A DNA stretch of 64,000 nt, from positions 50,158,001-50,222,000 of the forward strand of contig NC_043014.1 in the NCBI RefSeq assembly GCF_006345805.1. The letters are read 5' to 3'. The stretch's first letter is position 1. The number at the start of each line of letters is the position of its first letter. The DNA is from Octopus sinensis (lineage: Eukaryota). Below are positions 37,123 through 52,100 of this stretch, in pieces. The notes beneath the pieces are model-generated. The model saw only the letters and a program-made list of their open reading frames with translations. It ran no database searches and was not told the DNA's origin. The translations under genes were made by a program, and so were the position numbers.

Positions 37123-40100
37123 TATATATGTGTGTGTGTTATAACATACAGACACAATGGGACTGAGTTTCCACCTACCAAACCAACTCGCAAGGATTTG
37201 ATCAGCCTAGGATTATAATAGAAGACATCTGCTTAACCCTTTCATTACTGTATTTATTTTGAGATGCTCTGTGTTTCTTTCAATTACTTTAAATATAACA
37301 AAGAATTTAGCAAAATAACTTAATGATCATTCAGCTAGTGTTAGGAACATAAATTGTGACTAAGGTTTGGAGGAAGATTTTAATTCAAAACTTATGAAAA
37401 CAAGACATTTGTACTACAGAGCCAGAGTCAGTTTCAGCTGGGTTGGTATCAAAAGGGTTAAGAATTGTTTCTCTATTATATATTTTAACCCTTTTGTTAC
37501 TGTATTTATTTTGAGATGCTCTCTGTTTCTTTCAATTATTTTAAATATAACAAAGAATTTAGTAAAATAACTTAATGATCATTCAGCTAGTGTTAGGAAC
37601 ATAAATTGTGACTAAGGTTTGGAGGAAGATTTTAATTCAAAACTTATGAAAACAAGACATTTGTACTACAGAGCCAGAGTCAGATTCAGTTTCAGCCGGG
37701 TTGGTAATGAACGGGTTAAAGTCCCACACAGTGAGACTGAATCAACAACTATGTGGTAAAACAAGTCATTTGTATAACATGAATTATTGTAGAAAAATAT
37801 AACTAACCAGTGACTGGGATATCTTTTTCTGTTTTCGTTTCACTGCCACTAGCAACCTGAGTGATATGGTATTGGGTGACAGGGATACCGCCATCACTCT
37901 CTGGAGGATTGATTACCAATGTGATAGTAGTTGGAGTGGGATCAAGTACATTGACTTTAGAAGGGCGTTTAGGAACAACTGTAAAAATTAGATGATACAT
38001 GCATATATATATATATATAAAACTGATGGAATATAACAAAAATACATACATAAATCTACATAGAGCAATACTTTAAAAATCTAAAATTTCAAATCTACAC
38101 AAGTTTATATTCATAGTATTCCATTCTAAAACTAAATAGTCACATCTTTGAAATGTCAAATCTACAAGATAATACAATTAGTTCAAATCAATGCTACTGA
38201 ATAAGCTTCGTACTTGACAGAGTCGTCTGAATGTTAAAGATCATTAAAGAGTAAGAAAATGGCAGAAAGCCCTAAGTAGCTGTTTAACAGAGTCTTAACC
38301 CTTTAGTGTTTAAACCGACCATATCAAGCCCAGAAATTCCACATGTTTTATATTCAAACTGGCAATATCTAGCCTCTCACACCTACCCTACAATGTCATT
38401 CTAAAAATAAACAATCACATCATTGAAACCTCAAAGCTCTAAGATAATGCATGATTAATTCAAAACAATTTGAGTGAAAAAGTATTACATTTAACAGAGT
38501 AATCTGAACACTAAAGGGTTAAAGAGTGGATGTGGAGGCGCAATGGCCCAGTGGTTAGGGCAGCGGACTCGCGGTCATAAGATCGCGGTTTCGATTCCCA
38601 GACCGGGCGTTGTGAGTGTTTATTGAGCGAAAACACCTAAAGTTCCACGAGGCTCCGGCAGGGGATGGTGGTGATCCCTGCTGTACTTTTTCACCACAAC
38701 TTTCTCTCACTCTTACTTCCTGTTTCTGTTGTACCTGTATTTCAAAGGACCGGCCCTGTCAATCTCTGTGTCACGCTGAATATCCCCGAGAACTACATTA
38801 AGGGTACACGTGTCTGTGGAGTGCTCAGCCACTTACACGTTAATTTCACGAGCAGGCTGTTCCGTTGATTCGGATCAACCGGAACTCTCATCGTCGTGAC
38901 CGACGGAGTGCTTCCACAAAGAGTGGATATCCACACCAGTCATTCCTGAACCACATAAAAGTATAAGTCAAATACAATTGTTGTTTAGGGACTAAAGACT
39001 AGAACTTAGTGCTCTTCTGTGCCAGAAGAAGCAACTTCATTTTGCAAAGAATTTTCTACCAAAAAGCCTCCAGTTTGCATCAGGTGTTATTTTTGCATTT
39101 TATCAAGTATATTTCTCAATTTTTTTCTTCTGCCTTCACCTTTAAAGTTTAACGACAGGAAATTCATCCAACATCGAGTTAGAATTTTATATTATTGTTA
39201 ATGATCGATTAGTTAATTATTTATAATTGATTTATCAATTTTTATTTATTCATGATTGAATTAGGAAATCGAAAACACTAATGTGTAATCAACTTAAGTG
39301 ATTAAGTGAAGGAACATGGCTCAGTGGTTTAGAGCATTGAGCTCACAATCATGAGGTAGCAAGTTCGATTCCTAGACTGAGCTGTATGCTGTGTTCCTGA
39401 GCAAGACATTTTATTTCACATTGCTCCAGTTCACTCAGCTGTAGAAATGAGTTGCGATGTCACTGGGGCAAAGCTGTATCAGTCTTTGCATTTCCCATGG
39501 ATAACATTGGTGATATAGAGAGGGGAGGCTGGTATGCATGGGTGACTGCTGGTGTTAATCCTGCCCAGACTTGTGCCTCAGAGGAGAACTTTCTAGCTGC
39601 AATCCCATGGTTATTCATGACCAAGGGGAGGGGATCTTTAATCAACTTTACTATATTAAAGTACCTTGGTAGAATTATATTTTCATGAATCTGGACTAAC
39701 TGTATTTGTGATTTATAAAGGCAAAAAAGGCACTACGTGATTTTAACAGTTAAAACATATCACACTATTTTCCTACACCATTAAAAACTCAGAAAATGAA
39801 TTTTCCCCAATACATTTCAGCAACTATTTTAGTCAAACAACAAAATTTTTTTTTTCCCTTTATTTCTTAGAATTAATGTGACTGAAATCAAACTATAAAC
39901 CATTACAATGAAATAGTGGACATATATGGACAAGGACAAGAAAACACTAAATGTCTCATAATTGATACAAGAAAGTAACATTTTAATGTAAAAAAAAAAA
40001 AAAAAAAAAATAAACAAACCTGCTTTCTTTAAAATTATTGTTATCTCAGATTCATCTCTGATGCTGAGAGCTATGCATTTATAGTCAGTGAATACAGACT

Positions 40101-43100
40101 TCTCGTTGCTAGGAGTCACCTTAACCTAACAAAAATAACAAAAATGTCAATAATACTGCACAGGAAGATTTTTTTAAATTCACATCCAATTTCCTAATAT
40201 TAGATATATTTCTTCAACGATGAAATAACTGCCAGCATTTTATTATTACCATTAAAGTCAATGCAATTTCCATATTGCACAACAACAACAACAACAACAT
40301 CATTAACATAGTGTTCCATCTGGAGTCATATATCAAGCAAACATATCTGTCTCAAGCGGAATCAATAAAGTTTTCATACACATTCGATAAATGTCTAAAA
40401 TGTATGGTCAGGCATAGTCATGTGTGTGTTTGTGTGTGCAGATATCCACAAGAAATAGGTCTGGAAATGTTGTTATGAAAAGAGGTCCTTTATGAATGTG
40501 AGAAATGCATAAGAGAAAGACAAACAAAGGGACCAAGTTTGAAGCAAACAATTATATATATTGGGGCTAAACATAGAAGGGACAAACAAGGACAGACAAA
40601 GGGATTAAGTCGATTACATCAACCCCAGTGCGTAACTGGTACTTAATTTATCGATCCCGAAAGGATGAAAGGCAAAGTCGACCTCAGCGGAATTTGAACT
40701 CAGAACACTTAACGGCAGACGAAATACGGCTACGCATTTTGCCCGGAGTGAGACTGAGGCAAAGTAGCCAGTCCATCAAATATAGTTGCCGAGATGGTGA
40801 CAACTGGCTGATGACTAGCTGATTGCTTGCATTGTCAAGTAGGTCATCTGTTTAGGGAGGTGTCAGGTTGGCAATGGCAACATGGGCAAAAGAGATGCTT
40901 TTGTGTGTGTTGACATCCTATAATTGTAAACAAGCATCTTGTCTTACATAGCATGATGTCAAAACAAAGAGACACGCGTGCATGAATTACACACACGCAT
41001 ATACTAACACTCAGTGCATATACTAACACTCAGTCGAAGGGTCCTTATCTTGTGAGTTACTTTGTGATGCTACAAATGCTGGAGTCATGAAAAAAAAAGC
41101 ACCCAGTACAGAGCATATACACACACACACACACGACAGGTTTTCTTTCAGTTTCCCACTATCAGATCCACTCACAAGGCTTTGACTGACCCAGTGCCAT
41201 AGTAGAAAGCACTTGCCTAAAGTATCATGCAGTGGGACTAAAGCCCAAATCGTACAGTTGGCAAGCAAACTTCTTAAGCACACAATCACGCTTGTGTAAC
41301 ATAAAATAGCAACTATATTTATCACAAACCCAAATTTCCAAATAGCACGTTAGATATGTTGATACTTACTTGAAGTAAGCTGGTCATCTGTTCTTGACCT
41401 TCTATTTTGAATATTTTATATGTGTCACTATCTCCAATATCATTCTTACCCCTTTTCCATGATATTATAGCTTTAGGATAACTTTTGGCAGTGCAAGTTA
41501 TGTTGGCTTTGTTGCCCATCCAATTGTAAGCAATTTTGGGGGTATTTATAAAAACAGGTTTATATTCAACCCTGAGGTAGGTTCGCTTGGCATCGTTACC
41601 AGCCTCATTATCTCCAATACAGGTGTAATTATCAGCATGCTCAGCTGTCAGAGAGGCAATGGTTAAAGTCAATTCTTTTTCTGGCTGATTCTTGGTTTCT
41701 TCAACTAATACTCCATTTGACTGTTAAAAGACATAAATAGTAAAGTAGAAAAATAAAGAATAACTCATTTTAATCAATAAATCGTGTGAAATTTCATTGT
41801 TAACCATTGCTAATTTTGCTAACCTTTTCACCAATAGGGAAAGGAGCATCGTTACTTCTTTGCCAGGTAAGTGATGGTACTGGAACACCTTTTCCTTTAC
41901 AAACTAAAGTGATTGATTCACCTTCTTTACCATCTTTAGTTTGAGGGATTTCAACTGTAGGAGGAACTGTAAAATAAAAAATAAAAAAAAAGAAATTTTG
42001 AATTTTGAAATGATTGAAGTTCAAATTTCGGTATTGAAAATGTTGGTTAACATTATTACAACACAACTTCACAAACTTAAAAAGAGGACCTAACATTCCT
42101 TAGCCTTTTCACTCCAGTCCATGTCACAGACAATCCCTACCAGAACATTATTCATCATCATCATCATTTAATATGCTCTTTACTCTTACTTGTTTCAGTC
42201 ATTCGACTGCGTCCATGCTGGAGCACCGCCTTTAGTCGAGCAAATCGACCCCGGGACTTATTCTATTGGTCTCTTTTGCTGAACAGCTAAGTGACGGGGA
42301 CATAAACACACCAGCATCAGTTGTCAAGCAATGCTAGGGGGACAAACACAAACACACACACGCATATATATATATATATATATATATATACGACAGGCTT
42401 CTTTCAGTTTCCGTCTACCAAATCCACTCACAAGGCATTGGTCGGCCCGGGGCTATAGCAGAAGACACTTGCCCAAGGTGCCACGCAGTGGGACTGAACC
42501 TGGAACCATGTGGTTGGTTAGCAAGCTACTTACCACACAGCCACTCCTGCGCCTATATAGTAATAAACAGAGAAAACAGAAGGTTTTATTTTAGTCCTAT
42601 CACATTGTGTCGCTAGTATACTGGAAATAGCTTAACCATCTGGGTTCCCACTGGCCTCCATGCCGGTGACACATAAAAAACACCATTCAAGCATGATCGT
42701 TACCAGCATCGCCTTACTGGCACCCGCACCCTATGTAAAAGATTTGAGCAAGGTCGTTGACAGTGTCGCTTGTCTGGCCCCGTGCCAGTGGCACGTAAAA
42801 GCACCCACTACACTCTCGGAGTGGTTGGCGTTAGGAAGGGCATCCAGCAATAGAAACTCTGCCAGACCAAGATTTGAAGCCTGGTGCAGCCATCTGGTTC
42901 GCCAGCCTTCAGTCACACGTCCAACCCATGCTAGCATGGAAAGCGGATGTTAAACGATGATGATGATGAACAACACATGCAGGGAAAATATAAAATACTA
43001 AAAACAGACAACTGATCACATTGCAGCTTTGTAATCAAATTGTATTTAGGACTCCTTGATAAGGGTGTGCCACACGGCTTGGGCTTTTTTTCTTTTTTGC

Positions 43101-46100
43101 TTTTAAAAGAAGGGGGTGTGATGATCCCAGCACTTTGTCTAGTAAACAAGCAAAGGACTAGAGTCACTGCAGTTGAAGAACTTATTGAGGACAAGTTTAC
43201 TCTTGTGCGGACAATGATTAAGACAAACAGGCGAAAGTGAAGAGGAAAATAGCAAATACAGTTGCTGAGAGATAGGCCTATTAATTATTGTCGGTGGTGG
43301 TGTTGTATACCTGAAGTTTTTTTTTTTTTGTGATTTTATGCATTGTTTGTCCGCAATCGTTACTCGAGTTGTGTATGCAACTATTTATATTTTTGTTTAG
43401 GATCCCAGGTGGAGGGTGAAGTTAGACACACGGGGGGGGGGGGGGTCCCCCAGATCAGAGAGTGTTAAACTTTGTAAAGCATACACGTTTCAATAAATAA
43501 TCAGTCATTATTATGGAAGGCAATTATATCAGATGCCATAATATATATTTCTTTACTACCCACAAGGGGCTAAACACAGAGGGGACAAACAAGGACAGAC
43601 AAAGGGATTAAGTCGATTACATCGACCCCAGTGCGTAACTGGTACTTAATTTATCGACCCCGAAAGGATGAAAGTTAAAGTCGACCTCGGCGGAATTTGA
43701 ACTCGGAACGTAACGACAGACGAAATACGGCTACGCATTTCGCCCGGCGTGCTAACGTTTCTGCCAGCTCGCCATTCTGATGCCATAATATAATTGATTC
43801 ATTCCTCAGCACCTGCAGCACACTTTTACAAACACCATAAATTTTAGGAAAAATCTCACTTACCAAGAATAGTTACTTGTGCAGTAGCAGTGTCATTGCC
43901 ACCAACATTAATTGCCATACATTTGTATTTGCCTCCATCACTTTTTTTTACATTGGACACCTTTAATTTACCACCAATGCTGTCAATTTCAAATCTCGGA
44001 TCTGTCAGTTCTTGATTATTCTATGCAGAAATTAAAATTAATTAGTTACATACAGTGCTTCTGTCAATAATAAGTTATTTAGTATAGAAAAATGAAAAAA
44101 AAGAAAATGTTCAAAACGCACCTTAAACCACATATATCGAGGATTAGGGTCTCCTGTAGCTTTGCAACTTAATGATAACTCTGACCCTTCAACAGGCTTA
44201 CTCACTTCTGGTGGCTTTGATATCTTGGGAGGTACTGCAAAGAGACAACACTCATACAGAAAAAGCAATCATAATATCTAAAGATTAGTATTGTTAGTAG
44301 TAGTAGCAGCAGCAGTAAATGAATCAATAAGAGAAAACCTTAATCCGTATCGATATCTACATGTGGAGATGCAAATTATTAGACAGATAATCAGCTAGCT
44401 TGAGATAGATAGATGGATGAACAGAGGGCTAACCATCTACTTAGCTAGCTAAATAGGTAGATAGGTATCTCTCTTTCTCTTTACTTGTTTCAGTCATTTG
44501 ACTGCGGCCATGCTGGAGCACCGCCTTTACTCGAGCAAATCAACCCTGGGACTTATTCTTTGTAAGCCCAGTACTTGTTCTATCGGTCTCTTTTGCCGGA
44601 CCGCTAAGTGACGGGGACGTAAACACACCAGCATCGGTTGTCAAGCAATGCTAGGGGGACAAACACAGACACACAAACATACACACATATATGTACATAT
44701 ATACGACAGGCTTCTTTCAGTTTCCGTCTACCAAATCCACTCACAAAGCATTGGTCGGCCCGGGGCTATAGCAGAAGACACTTGCCCAAGGTGCCACGCA
44801 GTGGGACTGAACCCGGAACCATGTGGTTGGTTAGCAAGCTACTTACCACACAGCAATTCCTGCGCCTTAGGGGTCCTAGGTATGTAGGCCATCATACAAT
44901 GGTTGTAAAAGCAATTGGAAAGACTCAATCTTGGACACATGCTTTGATTAAAAGACTTAATAGCCATTAGTGAAACTCATTTGATGAAAGATCAATTAGT
45001 TCCCCTAGCAGCCCTTTCAGCACGGAAGTTTTTGCTATGTTCCTGCCAAATGATTTAGTAATATTATAATTGAAGATGGTGTTTAGTTTAAGCAACAAGC
45101 TTCTGTACAATCTCTATCTACCCAACAACTCACAAAGCTTTAGCCAACTTGGAAAGACAGTTGTCCAAGGTGCTACACCATGGCTTTGAATATGTAATCA
45201 AGTGAGAGTGAAGTAAACTTCTCAAAGTGATTAAACCAAATTCGTTAGGGTTTCTTTACCCTTCCCTCCCATGTGTGTGTGTGAGACTGTTTTGACAGCA
45301 GTATCTATTTTTCAAACCAAAGTTTACTATTGGTATATACCTATTTCTTTATTACCCACAAGGGGCTAAACACAGAGGGGACAAACAAGGACAGACATAG
45401 GTATTAAGTCGGTTACATCGACCCCAGTGCGTAACTGGTACTTAATTTATCGACCCCGAAAGGATGAAAGGCAGTGTCAACCTCGGCGGAATTTGAACTC
45501 ACAACGTAACGACAGACGAAATACCGCTAAGCATTTCATCCGGCGTGCTAACATTTCTGCCAGCTCGCCGCCTTATTGGTATATACCCAAAGATTTTAGC
45601 ATCTGTAAATTAATGTAAAGAGAAAAAGAGCGGTGGGAGGGAAATGGTAGTGTAACTGAGAAGTTTGCTTTACGACCATGCGGTTTAGCTTTTAGTCCCA
45701 CTGTACAGCACCATGAGAAAGCATGTTATAACAATATCCCTGGGTGGCTGACCATTACTTTCAGAGTGAAATAGGTAGACAACAACTGTAGGAAGCTCAC
45801 TGCATAAATACGCGCGCAAACGTGTGTGTGTGTGTGTGCGCTTCCATGCGTGTGAATGTTGACATGTCACAGCTTCACTTATGCCGAATGTTATTTACAT
45901 TCCTTGTTGACATGACTAGTTACTCCTTCAAAACTGGTGGAATAAGTTATCTGTTTTCTTAGCAAACAAGTAACGGTTAGCAATAGTAAGAGTGTCAGGC
46001 TGTGAAATCCAGCCTCAAATATACCCACTTCCCTATTACCCACAAGGGGCCAAACACAGAGGTGACAAACAAGGACAGACATAGGTATTAAGTCGATTAC

Positions 46101-49100
46101 ATCGACCCCAGTGCGCAACTGGTACTTAATTTATCGACCCCGAAAGGATGAAAGGCAAAGTCGACCTCAGCGGAATTTGAACTCAGAAACGTAACGGCCG
46201 ACGAAATACCGCAAAGCATTTCGTCCGGCGTGCTAACGTTTCTGCCAGCTCGACCTCCATTTCAACTCACAAGAGAGGAGACACTGGATGAAGAAATGAA
46301 CACACACACACACACAGCAACAACAATAAAAAGAAGCGCCCGCTAAGAACACTGTTGCAACCAACTACAATAAGATAAACAGACAGGTACGATTTTACTT
46401 TAATACAATCGACAAAAACAACATATTAAGTGAAAAGAAGAAATCTGTTTTTTTTATTTCTACTTACCAACAACTTTAACTAGGATTGATTTCTCATCAT
46501 ACGAACTTTTTGTAACAATTTCTGCTTCCAAAATATATTCTCCATTATCATCTTTAGTAATATTCTTAATTACCAAGCCATCAGCTTGCACTTCATAACG
46601 TCCCGCTAAATAAGAGAATCATAATTTTCAGATTAAAATATTTAAAATATTCAAATCTCAAGGTACGAATACAGAGTAAAATATCTTTTGATCATTTCAA
46701 AGGAAACTGAGCATTGTTATCTCTTTAAATAAAATACTTTTAAGGTATCTTTAATTTAGGTGGCACGTAAAATGCACCAATCCGACCGTGACCGATGCCA
46801 GCCTCGCCTGGCACCAGTGCAGGTGGCACGTAAAAAGCACCCACTACACTCACGGAGTGGTTGGCGTTAGGAAGGGTACCCAGCTGTAGAAACATTGCCA
46901 GATAAGACCGGAGCCTGGTGCAGCCTTCTGGCTTCCCAAATCCCCGGTCGAACCGTCCAACCCATGCTAGCATGGAGAATGGACGTTAAACGATGATGAT
47001 GTATCTTTAATTTATATATTCTGTACCGGATATATAACAAAGCAGGGTGAAGAAAGTATATGAACACACTACTATAACTATTACAGGAGACTCAACGTTC
47101 TACATCAAAGGCTCGCAGTGAATTGCTACCTACACAAACTCACAGTTCTTTCTAGGAATGAATCAGTCCACCGTTTTAGTCTCTTGCAGGGTGGTTGGAA
47201 TACTTCCACAACATTCATTCTAAAAACAAATGTTATTCATCTTTAATATTTAGTTACATTCAAAACCATCACCTAGTTACCTTGCAACATATGTAGAGAA
47301 TAAAGTAGGAGAAAGTGTGCTGGTGGCACATAAAAAGCACCATCCGATAGTGGCCGTTGCCAGCCTCGTCTGGTCTCCGTGTCGGTGGCACGTAAAAAGC
47401 ACCATCTGATCGTGGCTGTTTGCCAGCCTCATCTGGCACATGTGCCGGTGGCACATAAAAAGCACCCACTACACTCACGGAGTGGTTGGCGTTAGGAAGG
47501 GCATCCAGCTGTAGAAACATTGCCAGATCAGACTGGGCCTGGTGCAGCCTCCTGGCTTCCCAGATCCCAGTTGAACCGTCCAACCCATGCTAGCATGGAA
47601 AGCGGACGTTAAACGATGTTGATGATCATGATGATGAAATGAAAGATGGGAGATGGTTTTTAGCGGGCACATTGCATCTAGAGAGATGACAGTACATGTA
47701 CCCAAAAGTAGCATCCTTGATGACTGCCATACGATAAAAGAGCAATTTCAAAGAAACACTTGTGTACTGAAGCTGCTAAGATGATATTTCATCTCATCAA
47801 ATGGTGAAGTAGCTCTGGAAGTGTTTTGGCTGATCTTTGTGGCTCCAGAATTGCCAGGAGACACCCATTTAGTCAACAAAACTCCTGCATGACAGCATGT
47901 GCTTTGTGGAGATAAATGTCAGGATTCTGAGACAGATGTTTCTACCATCTTCAATGCTTGCTTTTGCTGTATCACTCCTCTCCCTTGAGCCAGATAAAAT
48001 GGTCTGCTTTCTCAGTGAAAGGGGTAGAGACTTAGAATATAGCAAATGGCAGATAACAGTTGAACTAGATTGAAATCAGGTAGCAGTCAAATTCGTACCA
48101 ATGTATAGAAATACATGGTATATATATATATATGAGGTGATATGACAAACAGCTAGAGATGCTTTCTATTGAAAACAATTTTCACTGGTAATTCATGCTG
48201 TCCTGGAAACCATCGGATAGGATTCTACATTCTTCGCTTGGATGAGCAAATCAAAAATCTGTCAAAGCTATTTTAAAGCATTGTGATCAGATGTTTTATG
48301 ATGATGCTCTCAATTTTACTGTGAAGTTCAGGCTAAGAGCTCAGTTTTCAAACAACTCTGATCATGAATAAATCGTGCTTTATATATATATAATATATAT
48401 ATAAAGCACAATTTGTGATCAGAGTTGTTCAAAAGCCGAGGTTCTACACACACATATCATATATATAACTGTGAAATCAAAATTGCTGACACGGCTGATG
48501 ACAGTACTGCCTGATTGGCACTCATGCCAGTGGAACATTAAAAGCACATCTGAGCATGATCATTGCCAGAGTCGCCTTACTGGCACATGTGCTGGTGACA
48601 CGTGAAAAACAACGTTTGAGTGTGGTCATTGCCAGTGTCGCCGGACTGGCTCCTGTGCAGGTAGCATGTAAAAAAAACACCTTTTGAGCGGGATCGTTAT
48701 CAGAACCGCCTGACTGGCCAGTGGCACGTAAAGGCACCCACTGCATTCTCAGAGTAGTTGGCGTTAGGAAGGGCATCCTGCTGTAGAAGGTTTGCCAGAT
48801 CAAAGTGGAGCTGGTGTGGCCTTCTGGCCCACCAGTCCTCAGTCAAACTGCCCAACTCATGCCAGCATGGAAAGTAGACGTTAAACGATGATGATGATGA
48901 TGAGGTACATATAAAAAAATATAAATAACAAGCCCTTGTCATTTTACCTTATTACTAGATGAGGTGGTGACTCTCAGAAGAGGGTTAGCACCTTTGTAAT
49001 TACTAATGTATGAAAAAAACCTTACTAATTTTGGTGTTACAATAAAAGAAAAGCCATACCTGTGATAATTTTTTTCGATTTGTGTCTCCACTGAATTTTG

Positions 49101-52100
49101 GGAGCAGGGTCTCCTGTTGCAGTACATCGGATTCTGGCATCAGTATAAATAATTGGTTGCTGCTCTGCTTTACAACTACTAAAACCAAGTGGTCCTGCGG
49201 AAAAAAGAAAATGCTTCAATACTTTTTACTTCTTTACAACTGTGAAGCAATTCACTGACCATTATGAAGTTTTTCTTTTTTTTTTTCTTCTTCTTTTGAC
49301 AGTAAAAAAAATATTACAAGTACCAAGACTAATATTAGATCACATTAACTAGACCTAAATCTACCTCAAAGTCTGCATGGGAACAATATGTTAGGTTGCA
49401 TATTTATCATATGCACAGAGTATGTTTGGAGATTTATGTGCGTGTATGCATTACAACAAACAACCTATCAAACTCAGTGCTGTTAGAAGACTAAAAAACT
49501 GTGCACTTGAAAATGACAAAATTAGTAAACTGGATACAGGTGTTGCACTTCTCAGGTGTGATAAAACTGACACAATGTTGAACCCCCTTCATGGAAAAGC
49601 CATTTCTGAATGGCTTCGTCTACTAAACAGCATGTTTAAGTGGCTTATTTTGCTTGTACTGAGTATGTAGTTAAGATGGGGGGGCTCTGAAAGGTTCATA
49701 GGCTAAGAAGGAGTTACCATACAGTAATTAAACTTGGCATGCATTAAATTCAACCTTTACTGATGCTAACTGCATTTTTTTTTCTTTCCAGATAAACCCA
49801 CATTAGATACAGAATTGAGGACTTGGAAAAGTGGTACTAGAGACATTTCGTAAAAATAGATAAAATTTGGAACTGTGGTGTTATCAAATATCTGCAGAAA
49901 AAGGGAGATTCATGCCGACATGGTTGCTACATTAGAAGATGCCCCAGCTTTATCAACTGTGCGAAAGCGAGCAGTTGAAGATGACCTGAGGTCTGGATGT
50001 TCTGCCACAGCCACCACCCAAGAAAACATCAACTATGTTCACCACATGGTAATGGATGACAAACGTTTAAATGTTAATCAGATAGCTAATACTGTAGGCA
50101 TCTCCCTTGAACAAATTGAGAACATTCTGCATATCGAACTGCTGCATGTCGAAGATTTTCACTTGGTGGGTGCCAAGACTTTTGACACCTGATCAAAAGC
50201 ACACCAGGCTGGTCATGTCGCAGGCGAACTTGGCACTTTTTGAAGCAAATCCATCCAGTTTTCTTGAACATTTCCTCATCCAAGATGATTATGAGGTTCA
50301 CTATTTTGAGCCAGAGACCAAATAGCAATCCATGCAGTGGAAATGCCCGTCTTCTCCCCCACCAAAGAAGGCCAGGGTGGTGATATTGACAGGGAAGGTG
50401 ATGGTCTCCATCTTTCGGGATGCAAAGGGCATTGTGTTCATTGACTACCTTCAGAAAGGCCATACTAACAATGGAGAATACTATGCCAACCTGCCGAGGC
50501 AGCTGTGAAAAGCAACCAAGTCAAAACGGCCTGGAAAACTGACAGGGGGGGGGGGGCCTGCTTCACCAGCACAATGTTCCTGCACACAAGCCTGTGGTTG
50601 CAATGGCCGCTGTGCACGACTGTGGCTTTCAACTGATTGGTCCCCCCTCCGTATTCTCCTGATTTGGCACCATCTGCCTATTTTCTGATCCCTAACATGA
50701 AAAAACACTTGGCTGGGAAGCAGTATTGGACCGATGATGTCATATCGGCTGTTGACTCTTCCGACGGTCAGGATAAGAACTTCTATACCACAGGAATCAA
50801 AAGCACTGAAACACCGATGGAAGAAGTGTATGGAATGTAGGGGAGACTATGTCAAAAAAACAAAACACATTTGGTCAAGTTCAACCATTGCATCATGGTG
50901 CTCCAGCATGGCCACAGTCAAATGACTGAAACAAGTAGTAAAAAAGTAAAGGATGGGAGGAAATATTTTGCTTGGTAAAAAGATGAGTCAATGAAAGAAT
51001 AATAGCACCTAGCCATACAAGACCGGTCTCAATGAATTAGGCCTGATCCATGCCAAGTATAGATAAGTGAATGTTAAAATAATATACACTCAATCATTAT
51101 TTAAAACAATAACTTAGAAGAAAGAACTTACGGTATATTTTCAGTATTGTATTAGCTTCTAACTTCTTGCCATTTACTTCAGCTCTGCAAGCGTACACCC
51201 CAGCATCACTTGTTTTCAACTCCTTCAAAATGAGTTTGCTACTGAGTCCATCGTTACGAATGCTGATGCTAGAAAAATCAAGAAAAAAAACAAAATGTCC
51301 TTAAGTCAAAATTACACTTAAGCATAAATGGATAAAATTTTACAAATGAATGAATTTTCAATATTGAATATTTAAAATCTAAAATTTTTTATTAGACAAG
51401 GAAAATTACAAAATCTTATTTACTGAATAAATATTATTCCACTGTAATTTGTTTAAATCAACACTTAAAGGATATTTTGGTTTATAATGGATAAAACAAA
51501 GGAAACCATGAGAAAAAGAAAGATGAAGAAAATTTCTGAAGTTTTAATCTCTCATCATTCATTCAGCTAACTCATAAATACTAACATGCTATACTTTGAT
51601 GTATAATAACTATCAAAATTTGTAATTCCTTAATTTTTAAAATAACTTTCAAAACCCCTAATTCTTTAAATTTTTGCAGTATTCTCTCCATTTCATAACC
51701 CATGCGTTTCTAAACTTCACGTTTTCCTCAGCGACCCCCTTCCTCTCTCTAAGATTTGTGAACATTCTTGCCTTGTTTTGTAACTTGTGTCTTTCTCATA
51801 CTTGCCACAATTCCTTCAGCAATAAAGTCTCTCAAGGCTCTCTCTCTATTCCTTACAAGTGTCTTCTTGGCTGCTATTTCCCCGAGGTGAAGCTGGCCAT
51901 TGCTTGTCCACGATGCATCCACTCATTCCCACCTACCAATACCAGAAATCTCTTCTCTTATACTAGAAACTCCTACAGGGCTCTGCCTTGCTTCTGTACC
52001 AGAAGACTTGCATAGCTCCCTCCCACCACCATGAGCAATCAACCACACTACTGCATGTGCCAAAAGATGTGTTATTTAGTAAATTAACAAACCACCGACC

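Noticed and set aside
38534-38610. SINE heads as tRNA genes (also 7335, 36200, 39308)
   Set aside because: No complete cloverleaf; continue into multi-copy SINE bodies
46529-46537. RNA editing restoring the Ig2 cysteine
   Set aside because: TTG has no A to edit; editing the nearby TAT would place Cys two residues out of register
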